Source: Cyanophora paradoxa CCMP329 (taxonomy: Eukaryota; Plantae; Glaucophyta). From it: a stretch of DNA of 64,000 bases. The stretch spans positions 48,208-112,207 of the forward strand of contig QPMI01000532.1 in NCBI GenBank assembly GCA_004431415.1, read 5' to 3'. Below, piece by piece: positions 24,196 through 35,615 of the stretch. A program made the translations under genes and the position numbers. A model generated the notes under the pieces. That model was not told the origin of the DNA. It searched no databases and saw only the letters and a list, made by a program, of their open reading frames with translations. The first letter of the stretch is position 1; each line of letters opens with the position of its first letter.

Positions 24196-24281
24196 GGTTC
24201 CCTTCTTAGCAGTGTAGGGGGGTAGACGTTTGTCAAGCAAGGGCTGCGAACGAAGCACCTGCCCAAGGTCGAAGGGCCCGA

Positions 24282-27200
24282 ATGGCGTTCGTGGGCGCCG
24301 CGGGCCCGCCCCGACTGGTATGGGCGGTGCCTTCTCTCGCTTCGGGGCTGTCCCCGCGGAGCACAAGTCGAACCGCTGCTTCCCCTTGTCCGCCGCGGAG
24401 GTGGCTGCAGAATGCAAGGAGGCGCTTCATTAGCGGGCGGCGACCTGCCGCTTGCCTCTCCGGTGCGCCAGCGCGGCCGCGCGGGGCGCACGCGGCCCTG
24501 GCTGATACTTGCTCACGGGCACGTGTGTGCGCAGCGCACGGCCGGCGGACGCCTGCAGTCACCCCCCGGACCGCAATAGTAGCTTCGAGCAGTGGCCAGC
24601 GGTTAGAAAGCCCGGGGCCGGAGCCGGTCAAGCGGCTCAACAGCCCGCCTCGATCCCCTTCCCCCAAGCAGCGGTCGCCGTCCCCGTGGCCGAACTCGGT
24701 CCCGCCGGCAAGTTTGAGCGAGCCGGTCCGGTGGCCGAGCGCCCCCCGCCGCTCGAGGGCAGCCGGCGCGGACCTGTCAGTAGCTTTTGATCTCGCGAGG
24801 CGGCGCTACGAGCAGCTCGTGCAGGGCTCTGCCGGCGAACAAGGAGGCTCCATAGTAGATACAAGAGCCTACAACGATGTGCGCCGGCCTCCGCACGCGT
24901 GCCGTGCGCGCGCATTCGAACCGCCGGTTGCAGATAATCCTGACCTCGCTGGAGTGCGGGGAGTGGACGCTGGCTCTGACGCTGTACGAGGACTGCAAGC
25001 TGCGCTCGCGACCCAACATAGTCACCTTCAACATCCTTATCAAGGCACGCCGCGACGCACGCCGCACGCCGGGCGCGGCGCGGGCCTGATGTGGCGCGGC
25101 GCGGCGCAGGGGATGTGCGAGTGCGGGCAGCTGGGCCTGGCGTTCCGCGTGTTGGAGGAGATGGAGCTGGAGGGCGTGTCGCGGGACTCGATCACCTTCG
25201 GCACGCTCATCGCCGGCTGCGTCCGCCGCGGCAAGGTCGACCTCGCCCTCAAGCTCTACTCCAAGATGAAGCAGGCGCGCCGCGCGCGCTCGCTCCGCTC
25301 CTCTCCCAAAGCGCCGAGCCGCGCCCCCGTTCCGTTCCCGCAGGCGCCCGGCGTTCAGGTCACGAACCCCGTCTACAGCGCGATCATCGGGTACCCCCGC
25401 TTCCTTTTCCCGCCTTTTGCTTCCTTTTGCTGAGGGGCGGGCAGGGGCCTCGGGGGCGCGGGGCGGCTGGAGGAGGCGCTGGCGGTGTTCAACGAGATGA
25501 AGGCGGGGTCGACGTGCCCCGACATCGTCACCTACAACGCCGTCCTCGTCCGCCCCGCCCCGCCCCTTCCCGCCTCACCTTCCTCCGCCTCGAACAGCCC
25601 CGCAGTCCTCGTGCGCCAAGGCCGGCCTCCCGGACCTCGTCCTTGCCCTCTTCGACGCCCTCAAGGAGGCCGGGTACCCCCCTTCCCCCCCGCCTTTCTT
25701 TCCTGCCTTCCCTTAGAGTTGGCAGTGTGGCGCCGACGGGCCACACGTACAACATCGCGATGGACGCGCTGGGGCGGGCGGGGCGCCTGCGGGAGGCCCT
25801 CGCGATGCTCCCGGCCATGCGCGCCGCCGGCCTCCTCCCCGACACCGTCACCTTCACCGTCCGTACCCCGCTCCCATCCCATCCCCCCTCCCTCCGCCGG
25901 CTCTGAAGACTCGGCTCTGCAGACGCTGATCGACGCGAGCGTGCGGGCGGGCGAGCTGGACCGCGCACTCGCGCTCTTCGACGAGATGAAGATCGCCGCG
26001 CTGGACGGCGCCGAGCCGGCGCCCCCCTCGCCCCCGCCCGAGGCCTCCGCGCTGCCCGTCCCCTCCTCCTCCCCCGCGGGGGGCTCCCCCTCCCGCCGGG
26101 CGAACCCCCGCGTCCGCCCCAACGTCCACACCTACAGGTACCCCCCGTCCCCCGCGCCCGCCCGCCCAGCGCGCCCCGCCGGCGCTGACGGGGCCGGCGC
26201 GCAGCACGCTCATCAAGGGCTTCTCCCGCGCCAACCGCCCCGCGGACGCCTTCCGGTCCGCCCCGCCCCGCCCTTCTTAGCTCCGCCCTTTCTTAAGGGG
26301 GGTACGGCAGGCTCTTCGAGGAGATGAAGAGGGCGCACATCCGCCCCAACGCGCACGCGTACACGGCGCTGATCGACGCCTGCGTCCGATCCCGCAAGCT
26401 CGCCCGCGCCCGCCAGCTCTTCGACGAGATGCGCGCCGGGCGCGCCGGCGCCGGCGCGCGCCCGACGACCGTGACCTACAACGCGATCATCAACGGGCTC
26501 TGCCGCGCGCGGACGGCCGCGGAGATGGACGCGGCGTTCGCGCTGGTGGACGAGATGAAGCGCGACGGGGCGTACGCCAAGCCGAACGCGACGACCTTCA
26601 ACACGCTGCTCGCCGGCTGCGCGCGCACGCGGGACGCGGCGCGGGCCGTCCGCACGGTGCTGGAGATGCAGGAGCGGGGCCTGGAGCCCGACCTGCGCAC
26701 GTACAACGCGCTCATCGCGCTCTTCGCGGGCGAGGGGCGCCTCGACAAGGCCCTCCAGGTGCGCTCCGAGCGCGCCACCGCCTTCCATCTCGGGGCCGGG
26801 ACGGCTAGGCGAGAGGGGACGCGCCCGCTCACCGCTCCGGCTGCAGGTGCTCGCGCACATGGAGGGCGTGGGAATGGACCCCGACCAGGTCACCTACAAC
26901 TCCCTCCTCGAGGCCTACGTGCGTGCATCAAATCTAATCCGCGACCAAATCTAATCCGCGATCGAATATGCGCGCATGCAAGCTGGGCCCGCGTCCCCTC
27001 CTAACACAGCCGGGCGGGGCAGGTGGTGCGGGGGGACCTGACCTCCGCGCGGCGCCTCCTCCGCTTCCTCGAGCGCGGCGCCGTCTTCACGGTCACCTCC
27101 GGCCCGGGCTCCCCGGCCCCGGCCGCACCGGCCGCCCCGCAGGCGGAGGAGGAGCGGCCCTGGTGCCCCGTCCTCATCGGCAACTTCCTCCCCTTCCTCG

Positions 27201-27817
27201 CCCCTCGGAAGAACAAGGCGGCCCCGGCCACGGCCGCCCCCGAGGAGGCGGTCCCGCCCTCGCCCTCGCCCTCGGCGCTGGCGCCGCGGGCGCGGGCCAA
27301 GCCGGTTGTGAGGGCGGACGCGGTCTCGTACGGGACGGTGATGCGGGGCCTCCTGGCGGCCGGCGAGCCCGAGGAGGCCTGGGCCCTCTACCGCTCCCTC
27401 AAGGCCGCCTGCGCCCCGGGGCCCAAGGGTACGAGCGAGAGGGATGAGGGTACAGCGTTCAAGCTAACGGGAGGGGGGTACAGCGTTCGGGATGGCGCTG
27501 GAGGCGTGCGAGGGGGCGGGGCGGCCCGAGTGGGCGGTGGAGGTCTTCGAGGACATGCGCCGCGCCGGCGAGCCCGAGGAGGTGCTTATTGGTTTCTAAT
27601 AAGAGCTCCTCTTATTTGTTGTTGGTTTCTAATATGGTTTGGTTCTCAGCGGATCCGGGAGCGCAAGGCGCGCTTCAAGTCGCTCGTGTTCACTGCCTCC
27701 GAGATCTGGAAGCGCTGGGAGCGCCTCAACCCGGCGCCCCCAACCGCATCCCGCGCCCGCGCCGCCCCCGCCCCCGCACCGCGCGCCCCGGGCCGCTTCG
27801 AGCCCCGCGGGGCGTAG
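24282..27817 (+). CDS. P-class pentatricopeptide repeat protein, probably plastid-targeted
   Basis: About 15 motifs of about 35 aa (e.g. PNIVTFNILIKGMCECGQLGLAFRVLEEMELEGV; PNAHAYTALIDACVRSRKLARARQLFDEM; PDLRTYNALIALFAGEGRLDKALQ). The N-terminus MAFVGAAGP... is S/P/R-rich. Confidence 0.93.
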
Positions 27818-28198
27818 CCCCGCCGGCCGCTCGCTCCGACGGCCGCTGTAATTTATGCTATCGACCTTAGGTACAGCACAGCAGAATATTTCATTTCCAT
27901 TTCCAGATTACATGTACGTCCCTAAAGTTAACGAATCATCTCATCCTATGTACTGTCGTCGACTGCCTGCCTGTCTTCTGGCCCCTAAACAATGGGGCGG
28001 CATCGCTGAGTTGGCTCCTGATCCTAACAAACTGTACTCGTCGGCCCCTCGGGAGTGGGGCGGCATCGCCAAGCCGCTCTGCTAGCTGGCTAGCTAGCTT
28101 CAGCTAGCGCTCGCCCTCGGCTGGCGTCTCGCACTGCGGCAAGCAAGGGCAAGCTCAAACCCGCTCGAGCTTGAGCGCGGGCTCGGGACTAAGACCCC

Positions 28199-31100
28199 TC
28201 AGGGCGCGGCGGGGGCGAGGTAGTAGACGGAGTCGCGGCAGGCGAGGAGCGTGGCCACGTCCTCCACCACGTCGCCCCGCTCCGAGACGAGCACCTGGGC
28301 CCCCTCCAGCGCCCGGCCCCGCACCCGCCCCAGCCGCCCCGCCGCCTCCTCCAGCAGCTCCTCCATCTGAAGTGGGAGTGAGTGAGCCGGGTACATGAAA
28401 AGAACGGGGGGGGGGTTAGAGGGCGCGCCGTGTCGGGGCAGGCGAGGACGACCCCGCGGGCCTCCTTCCACACGCGGATCGAGAGCTGCTTGCGCCGCGC
28501 CCCAGCCCCCGCGGAGGCGGCGGAGGGGCCGGACGCCTTTGCTGAGCCGGCGGCCGGCGCGGTGGCGGGCGCCGACGCCGCCGCCGCCGGCTGCTGCTCG
28601 GCGGCCGCCTCGGGCTCTGGCTCGACAGCGCGACCCTCGATGCGTGCCAGCGCCGCCCGCGCCGCGCGCGCCGCCGCCGCGTCGGGGGCCGCGCAGGCGG
28701 CGGCCAGCGCGGCCTGTGCCCCCGCGGCCTCGAACAGGGGCGCCGCGTCGGCGCTCCAGAGGCTCCCCAGGGCGCTCGCCGCGCTGCGGGTCGCCGCGGG
28801 GCACGCCAGAAGCTCGACGAGGGCGGCCAGGGGCGCCGGGCTGGCCTCCAGGGCCCGCGCGCGGCCGGCCTCGCTGCCCTCCGCCGTGTTGCCGAGGGCG
28901 GCGGCGGCGGCGGCGCGGGCCTCGGGCGGGGCGGCCGGGTCGGCGAGGAGGGCGGCGAGGGGCGCGGCGGCGGCGGCGGAGACCTCGGCCTGCACGTGGG
29001 GAGAGAGCGCCAGGTCGCCCAGGGCCCCCGCCGCGGCGGCGCGCAGCGGGGCCGGCCACGGCGCCTCCAGGAGCGGGCAGAGGGCGGGGACGGCGCCCTC
29101 GTCCCTCAGCTCCACGCGCAGCTCCTCTGCGAGCGCCGTTAGGGGCGGGCGAGGCGGGCGGGGCGGGCAAGAGGGGCGCGCCGAGGTACGCGAGGTTGGC
29201 GGCGAGGCCGCAGCAGCGTTCCAGCAGCGCCGCCGCCGCAGCCGCCGCCGCGCCCTCCTCCGCCGGGCCCGCCGCCCCCGCAGCCGCCGCCCGCTCAACG
29301 AGGCCCACAAGAGTGCGGGCCCCACCAGCGCGGGCGACAGCCCGCACGCCGGCCTCGGCCGCCTCCTGGCCCGACGCTGCCGGGCGTCAGCGCGGGCGGG
29401 CGTGCGGGGCGGGACGGGAAGAGCGGGGGCGCACCCGTGTAGGCAGTGACGTTCAGGAGAGCGCCGAGGGAGTGCTCCACCGCCTCCCCGCGCGGCCCGC
29501 TCCGCAGCTGCGCGCGCCGCCTCAGAAACAGAGGCGGACGGCTGAGTCGAGAACGGGGGGGCTTCTACGCACGAGGGCGACAAGGCTGGGGACGCCCCCC
29601 GCCCCCACGATCTCCTCGCGGCAGCCCTCTGCGCGCGCGCGGAGCGGCCGGCCGGTTGGTCGGCCAGCGAACGGCGTACCCCGAAGGCGCGCAGCAAAGG
29701 CGTGCGTACCCTCCACGGAGAGGTTCTCGACCGCCAGCGCCGCCACTGCCGCCGTATCTACCGCCCGCCCGCCCCGTGAGCACTTCGCTTCGCCATGTTT
29801 CGCTTCGTGAAACTTCGGCCTGCGCACTCTCGGAGCGGAGGAGCTGGAGGACGGGGCGCACTCCGCCCTGAACCCGCACCTCCGCCGCCCCGCGCTCTGC
29901 GGCGCCTCCCACTTAAGAAAGGCGCGTGGCGGGCAGCGGAGGAGGCGGCGGACCGCTCTCGAATGCGAAGGCTGCGATGGCGGCGAGGGCGGCGGCGCGG
30001 GCCTCGCCGGCGGGGCGCTGGAGAAGCGCCACGAGGCTCGCCACGGCGCCCCGCGTCCTCAGGTCCGAGTGCAGCGCCTCTGCCGGCCGCGTCGGCGCCC
30101 AGAGATCAGAAGGAAGGGGGCGGGGTAGGGCAGAGCAGCGCGGACCGTCGCGGGCGAGCTCGGCCACGAGGAGGGCTCCGGCGACGCCTGCGCCCTCCGC
30201 GCCGGCCGCCAGGTGCCGCGCCACCGCCGCCGCCCCGCGCTCAGCCTTCGCGGCCGCTGCCACAGCCTCCACTGCGCCCGCCCGGGGTCTCAGCGGGCGA
30301 AGGAGCGAAGGGCGGGCAAGGGGGCCGGGGAGGCGGACGGTGGTCGGCGGCAAGGTTGCGGAGGCAGGAGAGGGCCGAGCGGGCGGCCTCGGGGCAGGTG
30401 CCCTCCGGCGGGCCCGCCAGGAACCGCAGGAGCTCGCGGGGGGCCCCCGCCCGGAGCAGCTCCCCGTGCCACGCCTCTGCCGCCGGCCCCGCCCGGTGAG
30501 CGGAGGGAGCGGCCGGAGGCGCCGCCGCGGGGGGCACCGTCGTCAGAGAGTACATCGAGGAGGCGGGCGGCGGCCGGCGGCATGTGCCCGCTGCACCCGA
30601 GGGCCCGCAGCGCGCGGAGTGAGCCCGCCACGGGCCCCGACCCCTCCCTCTCCTCGCCCTCCTCCGCCCGCGTCTCCTCCGCTAGGCGCGCCCGCGCGGC
30701 CGCTGCAGGGAACATCAGCGGCGAACCGAAGCGAAGCAGACAGGCGTGACGCAGCGCAGGCGCGCACGGTGGAGGGAGAGCTGGGCGAGGAGGTCGATTG
30801 CGTTCACGACGACGCCCCTGCGGACCGTGTCGCGGTGGCCAAGCAGCCGCGAGACGGCCGCGAGCGCCCCCGGCCGTCCCAGCACCCGCCCAGCCACGCC
30901 CTCCAGGTCTGGGTGGGAAGGAGGGAAGGAAGGCTTAGCCGTCGGCTTGGGCGGGGCGCGGGGCGGCGACGAGGCGGGGCGGGGGGTACCGGCGCGGGCG
31001 CATTCGCCGAGGAGGTGGATGAGCGAGCCGACGGGCAGCTGCACGCGCACCGCGGACGCCTGCCGCACGCGCGTCAGCAGCCAGCCAGGCCCGGACCACG

Positions 31101-32494
31101 GACGCGTGCACGGCGGGCGGGGCGGGCCTCGGGGCTGCAGAGGAGGGGTAGGGCGAAGTCCGCGAGGCCGCCCTCAAGCACGCCCCTCCACTTGGCGGCT
31201 GCCGGCGGCGCCCCGTCAGCCCCGGCGGCGCGGCGCGGATCGGGCCGGATCGGGCCGGATCGAGTCGGGTCCAAGGGGCGGCGCACGGCCGTCGGGGATC
31301 TCGGCGACGGCGAGAAGGGCCTTGTTCAGGGGCGCCCCGAGCCCCTCGGCCTCCGCCAGCCCCCGAGCGTACTCCACCAGCGCCCGCGCCCGCTCCCCGT
31401 CCACCGCCCCGTCCTCGTACCCCTCCTCCCCGCCGCTCGCGCTGCCGTCCTCGCCCGCTGCCTCCTCCTTCTCCTCCTCATCCTCCTCCTTCTCCTCGGC
31501 CTGACCTCGCTTTGCCGGCCGCTTCGGCGCCGGTTTAGCGGCCGCCTTGCCTCCCGCCGCCGCCTTGCTCCCGGCGCCGGCGGCGGCCGATTTCGGAGGA
31601 CGGCCCGGGCCGCGCTTCTTGGGGGCCTCTTCCTGTGGCTTTGCCACGGCATCTGCGGCGGCGGCGTGTGAGCAGCAGCGAACAGAGGGGCGTGAAGGAT
31701 GAACGAGACGCGCCGCTCTGTTCCTTCTCAGACTCGCTGCTGCTGCTGCTGCTGCTGCTGCTCTGGCTTGCCTCGCTCTCGCTGGCGCTGCTGACCTCAT
31801 CGCGCTTCGCGGGAGCCGCGCGCTGGCGCTTTGCTGCTGGTTCGGCTTTGCTTGCGGCAGGCGGCTTGGCACGAGCACCCTTCGCACTCGTTGGCTTGGC
31901 CGGTGCGGTTTTAGGCGCCTGTGCACGCGCGCGCCGCGCGACACCGGCCTTCTTGGTCGCCTCCTCTGCGGCGCTGGGCGTCAAGCGAGGAAAGAGTCCG
32001 CAGTGGACCGCAAAGAGCACCACCGGACTCGCTCTCGCTCGACTTGCTCGACTCTTCAGCTCCGCTCTCGCTGCTGCTCTCTTTCTTCTTCTCGTCCTTG
32101 GACTCGGCGCCGCTCGACGCCTTGTCCGCCTCCTCCATCTTGATCCGCTTCGGGGCTGTGGCGGCCAGTTAGCTACGGGGCCGGGGCGTGCACGCGGGGC
32201 GGGCAACAGACCGCTAACACGGGTCGTGCGAGTCGCTGCCGCCTTCGGCTTGGAGGTAGTCGCCGGCACGGTCGCCGCCTCGGCCTTCGCGGGCGCGGAC
32301 TTGGCCGCGGGTTCGCTCAGCTGCCTGCGTTTCCGATTCCAGACGATAGCTTTCGGCTGTTCTTCGTTCGAAGAAGCGGCGCTGCGCTCCTCGTCCGCCG
32401 CCTCCTTCGCCTTCGACGCGCCCGCGAGGCGCGCCGACGCGCGGGGCGTGCCGCGATTCGCAGCCGCAGGTGCTCGCGTCTTCGCCTTCGCCAT
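28199..32494 (-). CDS. Armadillo-repeat protein with N-terminal K/E/S-rich region plus AT-hook and C-terminal KHA/DCX-like domain
   Basis: ATG at 32494 (MAKAKTRAP); AT-hook KKRGPGRPPKS; ARM motifs (GAVASLVALL, GGVRPVLQLL, GGVPSLVALV, GAVPALCPLL, AAAALGNTA); C-terminus RGVVLACPDT-MEELLEEAAGRLG...SERGDVVEDVATLLACRDSVYYL. Confidence 0.75.
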
Positions 32495-32836
32495 CTCGCG
32501 CGATCGCCTCGATGCCGAGGAGCCGCTGAGTGAGTTGCGAAGTTGGCGGGAGTTCTGGGGGGTACGCGTCAACCAGACTACCTGGGTCACCGCGCGACTA
32601 ATACTGTACATGCTGCCGACGTCGCACCATAGCAAATCTGGCTAGCTACGAGCAATTCTGCGTTCTGCGCACGCCAAGACTCGTTCGCCACGCCGCCCAC
32701 AGCCACTGCCTCGCTGTCTGGAATCTCGCTGCCCCGCAATCCCGAGCCGCGCCCCCGGACGCAAAGAAAAACCTCGTCTATACAATACAAGCCGGTAATA
32801 GAGGGGCGGGAGGAGGTGAGCAGCCGGAGGGGCGGG

Positions 32837-35002
32837 TTACAAGTCCTGCGCAGAGCTCGCGCGGTCAGACAGACGCAAGCACGGAGCCGGGCCCGGCAGT
32901 GGTGAGGCGGCGCGGCGCGCACGGGGTTGTTCCAGATCGAATCCGGGTTGAACTTGAAGTAGACGGGGCCGTCGACGAGCCCTGCCCCCCGAAATCAGGC
33001 GGCGGCGTCCGCGGCGTCCGCGCCGGCCGCGCTCGACGTCGCCGCGCGCACCGTTCTTCCAGACGCCCGTGATGCTCTCGCCGGTCGCGAGGACGAGGGT
33101 GCCCTTGCCCTCTTTCCGGCCTGCCCGGCGCGCGCGAGCGCGCGCGTGAGGCGCGCCCCGCCTCCGACCGGCGTCGCGGGGGCGGCGGTCGCACCGTTGA
33201 CCCACTCGCCGTCGTAGTAGGAGCCGTCCGCCGCGGTGAAGATGCCCAGGCCGTGCCGCTGCGGGCCCCCCGGGGTCGTCGGGACCCGACCCGACGTCGA
33301 CGGCCGGCGGGGCGCCCGTCGCACCTTGTCATCGTACCAGTGGCCCTCGTACCGGTTGCCGTTCGCGTACGTGAGCACACCGAAGCCGCTCGCGCGGTCG
33401 TTCTGTCGGCGCCGCGCGTCAGTCGGAGGCCGGGGGCCGGGGGTCGGGCGCGGCGTGCGTGCCTTCCACTGGCCGCGGAAGGTGTCGCCGTTCGCGTAGT
33501 AGAGCTCGCCCTGCGCGCCGGCCGGCCGGCGTGAGCGCGCGGCGGCGGCGACGGGACAAGCGGGGCGGTGGGGGTGGGAGGGGGCGGGGGGAGAGAGGAC
33601 CTGGCCCTCCTTCTTGGCGTCCACCCTGCGGGCAGGCAAAGGTCGGAGGCCGCCTTCCCAAGCGAGGGAGGGAGGACGGTGCCGCGGCCGCGGCTTCCAC
33701 GCACCAGTCGCCGACGTACTTGTCGCCGTGCACGTACGTCAGAGTACCCTTCCCGTGCGCCTTGTCGTCCTTCCAGTACCCCTGCAGCACGCCGCGTGAG
33801 GCGCCGCCGGCCCCGCTAGGCCGACGCAGAGGAGCGGCGGGGCGAGGCGCCGCCGCACCTCGTACTTCTCGCCGTTGACGTACGTGAGCACACCGTAGCC
33901 CTCCTTGACGTCGTTGACCCTGCGCCGCGCGCGCGTTGGCGGGCGGGGTCCGCGCACGCGCTGCGCTGCGCTGCGCCGGAGGCGGCCGCACCACTCGCCG
34001 TCGTACTTGTTGCCGTTGGGGAAGATGTACACACCGCGGCCGTGCATCTGCGCGGCGCGCGCTCGGGCGCGGCGGCGGCGGCGGGCGCAGAAGCAGAAGC
34101 GGCGGCGGCGGAGGCTGCACCTTGCCGTCGACCCACTCGCCCTCGTAGATGCCGCCGTCGCTGTAGTAGTACTTGCCCCACCCGTGCATCTTGCCTGCGG
34201 CCCGCCCGGGTCGGCGCGCGCGCGGACGCGAGAGAAGCTTCACGACGGGCGCCGGCGCCGGTATGCACCCTCATACCAGTCGCCCTCGTACTTCTCGGCG
34301 ACGCCGCCGCCGGTCGCCGCGTAGATGACCGTGCCCCGCCCGTGCCGCTTGTCGTCCTTCCACTCGCCCTGCGCGAGGTTGAGCGGCCGCACGGCACACA
34401 GCGGCGCTCGGCCCCGCTCGCCTCGTACATGTCGCCGTCGGCGTACGTGTAGGTACCTGCACCGCTCAACTTGAGCGCGCGGCCGGGGCCGCCCCGGTCG
34501 GCGGCGCAGGCGCACCCCGGCCGTCCATCTTGCCATCCTTCCACTGCCCCGAGTACTTGTCGCCATCGGCGTAGTACAGCGTGCCGACGCCCGAGATCTG
34601 GGCCAGCCGCTCAGCGCCTTCCACAGCAGGGCCCCGAACGCGGGACAAACCTTGCCATCGACCCAATCGCCCTCGTAGCGGTTGCCGCTAGCATAGATGC
34701 AGACACCCTTGCCGTGCACCTGCCGGGAGCGGTCGGCACGAAGCGCGCGGGTCCCAAATGCAACCTCGAACCTTGTCGTCGACCCACTCGCCCTCGTACT
34801 TTGATCCATCGGCGTAAGTGTACATGCCATAGCCGTGACGCTTGCCATACACCCAGTCGCCCTGCGCGGCGACCGCCAGCTAAGCGCCGGGTAGCGATGG
34901 TCGGCGCCTTTGCGGTCGCACCTCGTATTTCTCGCCGTTCGGGTAGATCAGAGTGCCTTTCCCGTGCATCTGGCCCTTCTCAATCTGGCCAGAGTACACC
35001 AT
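32837..35002 (-). CDS. MORN1: MORN1-type all-MORN-repeat protein (about 15 repeats, 16 introns)
   Basis: Spliced: [37 protein letters not shown]...[25 protein letters not shown]...[12 protein letters not shown]. The length, the insert in repeat 6 and the C-terminus match Toxoplasma and Trypanosoma MORN1 as I recall them. Confidence 0.9.
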
Positions 35003-35615
35003 CGACCCTGTGGCCTGCGTGGCGCCGAGAACCACATCAGGGTGCTGGCGCGGCGCGACGGCGACTCCAGAGCTAAGGCCGCATACCGTCGGCTTATCTG
35101 CGGGCCGCATCTGCCGTGCAGGCCACTGGTGAGCGAGGGTTGCGAGGGCGGGTTTCAAACATTCCGCACCCCGGATGCCGTCGACGGCTTGCTCGCGCTG
35201 CCAGGCCCTCCCCTCCGTAGGTCTGCTTGCTCGCGCCTCTGCATCATGTTTCCGGGAGGCTGGGATTCGCGCCTCGAGACGACCGACGAATAGTCTGAAG
35301 CCGTACCCCCCTTAGCGCATCAAAACTCGACCGGCGCCCTCTAGGACGCGATCCTGTACTGAACCCGGACCAGCAGCACATCCAGCAGTTTCCAGCAGCG
35401 CGCCTAGCGGGCGCGCGGCCGATCGGCCAAACTTAAGCAGCGCTCGGCAAGCACGAGCCTGCGCGGCACGATCTGAGCGCGCGCCTTAGACTCCAATCCT
35501 CCAGTTGCCCGCGCCCCCGGCGGCCCCTCCGACCAGCGGGTTCCCAGCTCGGAGCGCGGCCCCGGAGAGAGCAGAGCGGCGCCGTCAAGCCGATCGCTGC
35601 GGCGGCTTCTGCGGC

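Noticed and set aside
27978-28075. Short direct repeat GGCCCCT..TGGGGCGGCATCGC between convergent genes
   Set aside because: There are only two imperfect copies in 3' UTR space, with no element boundaries.
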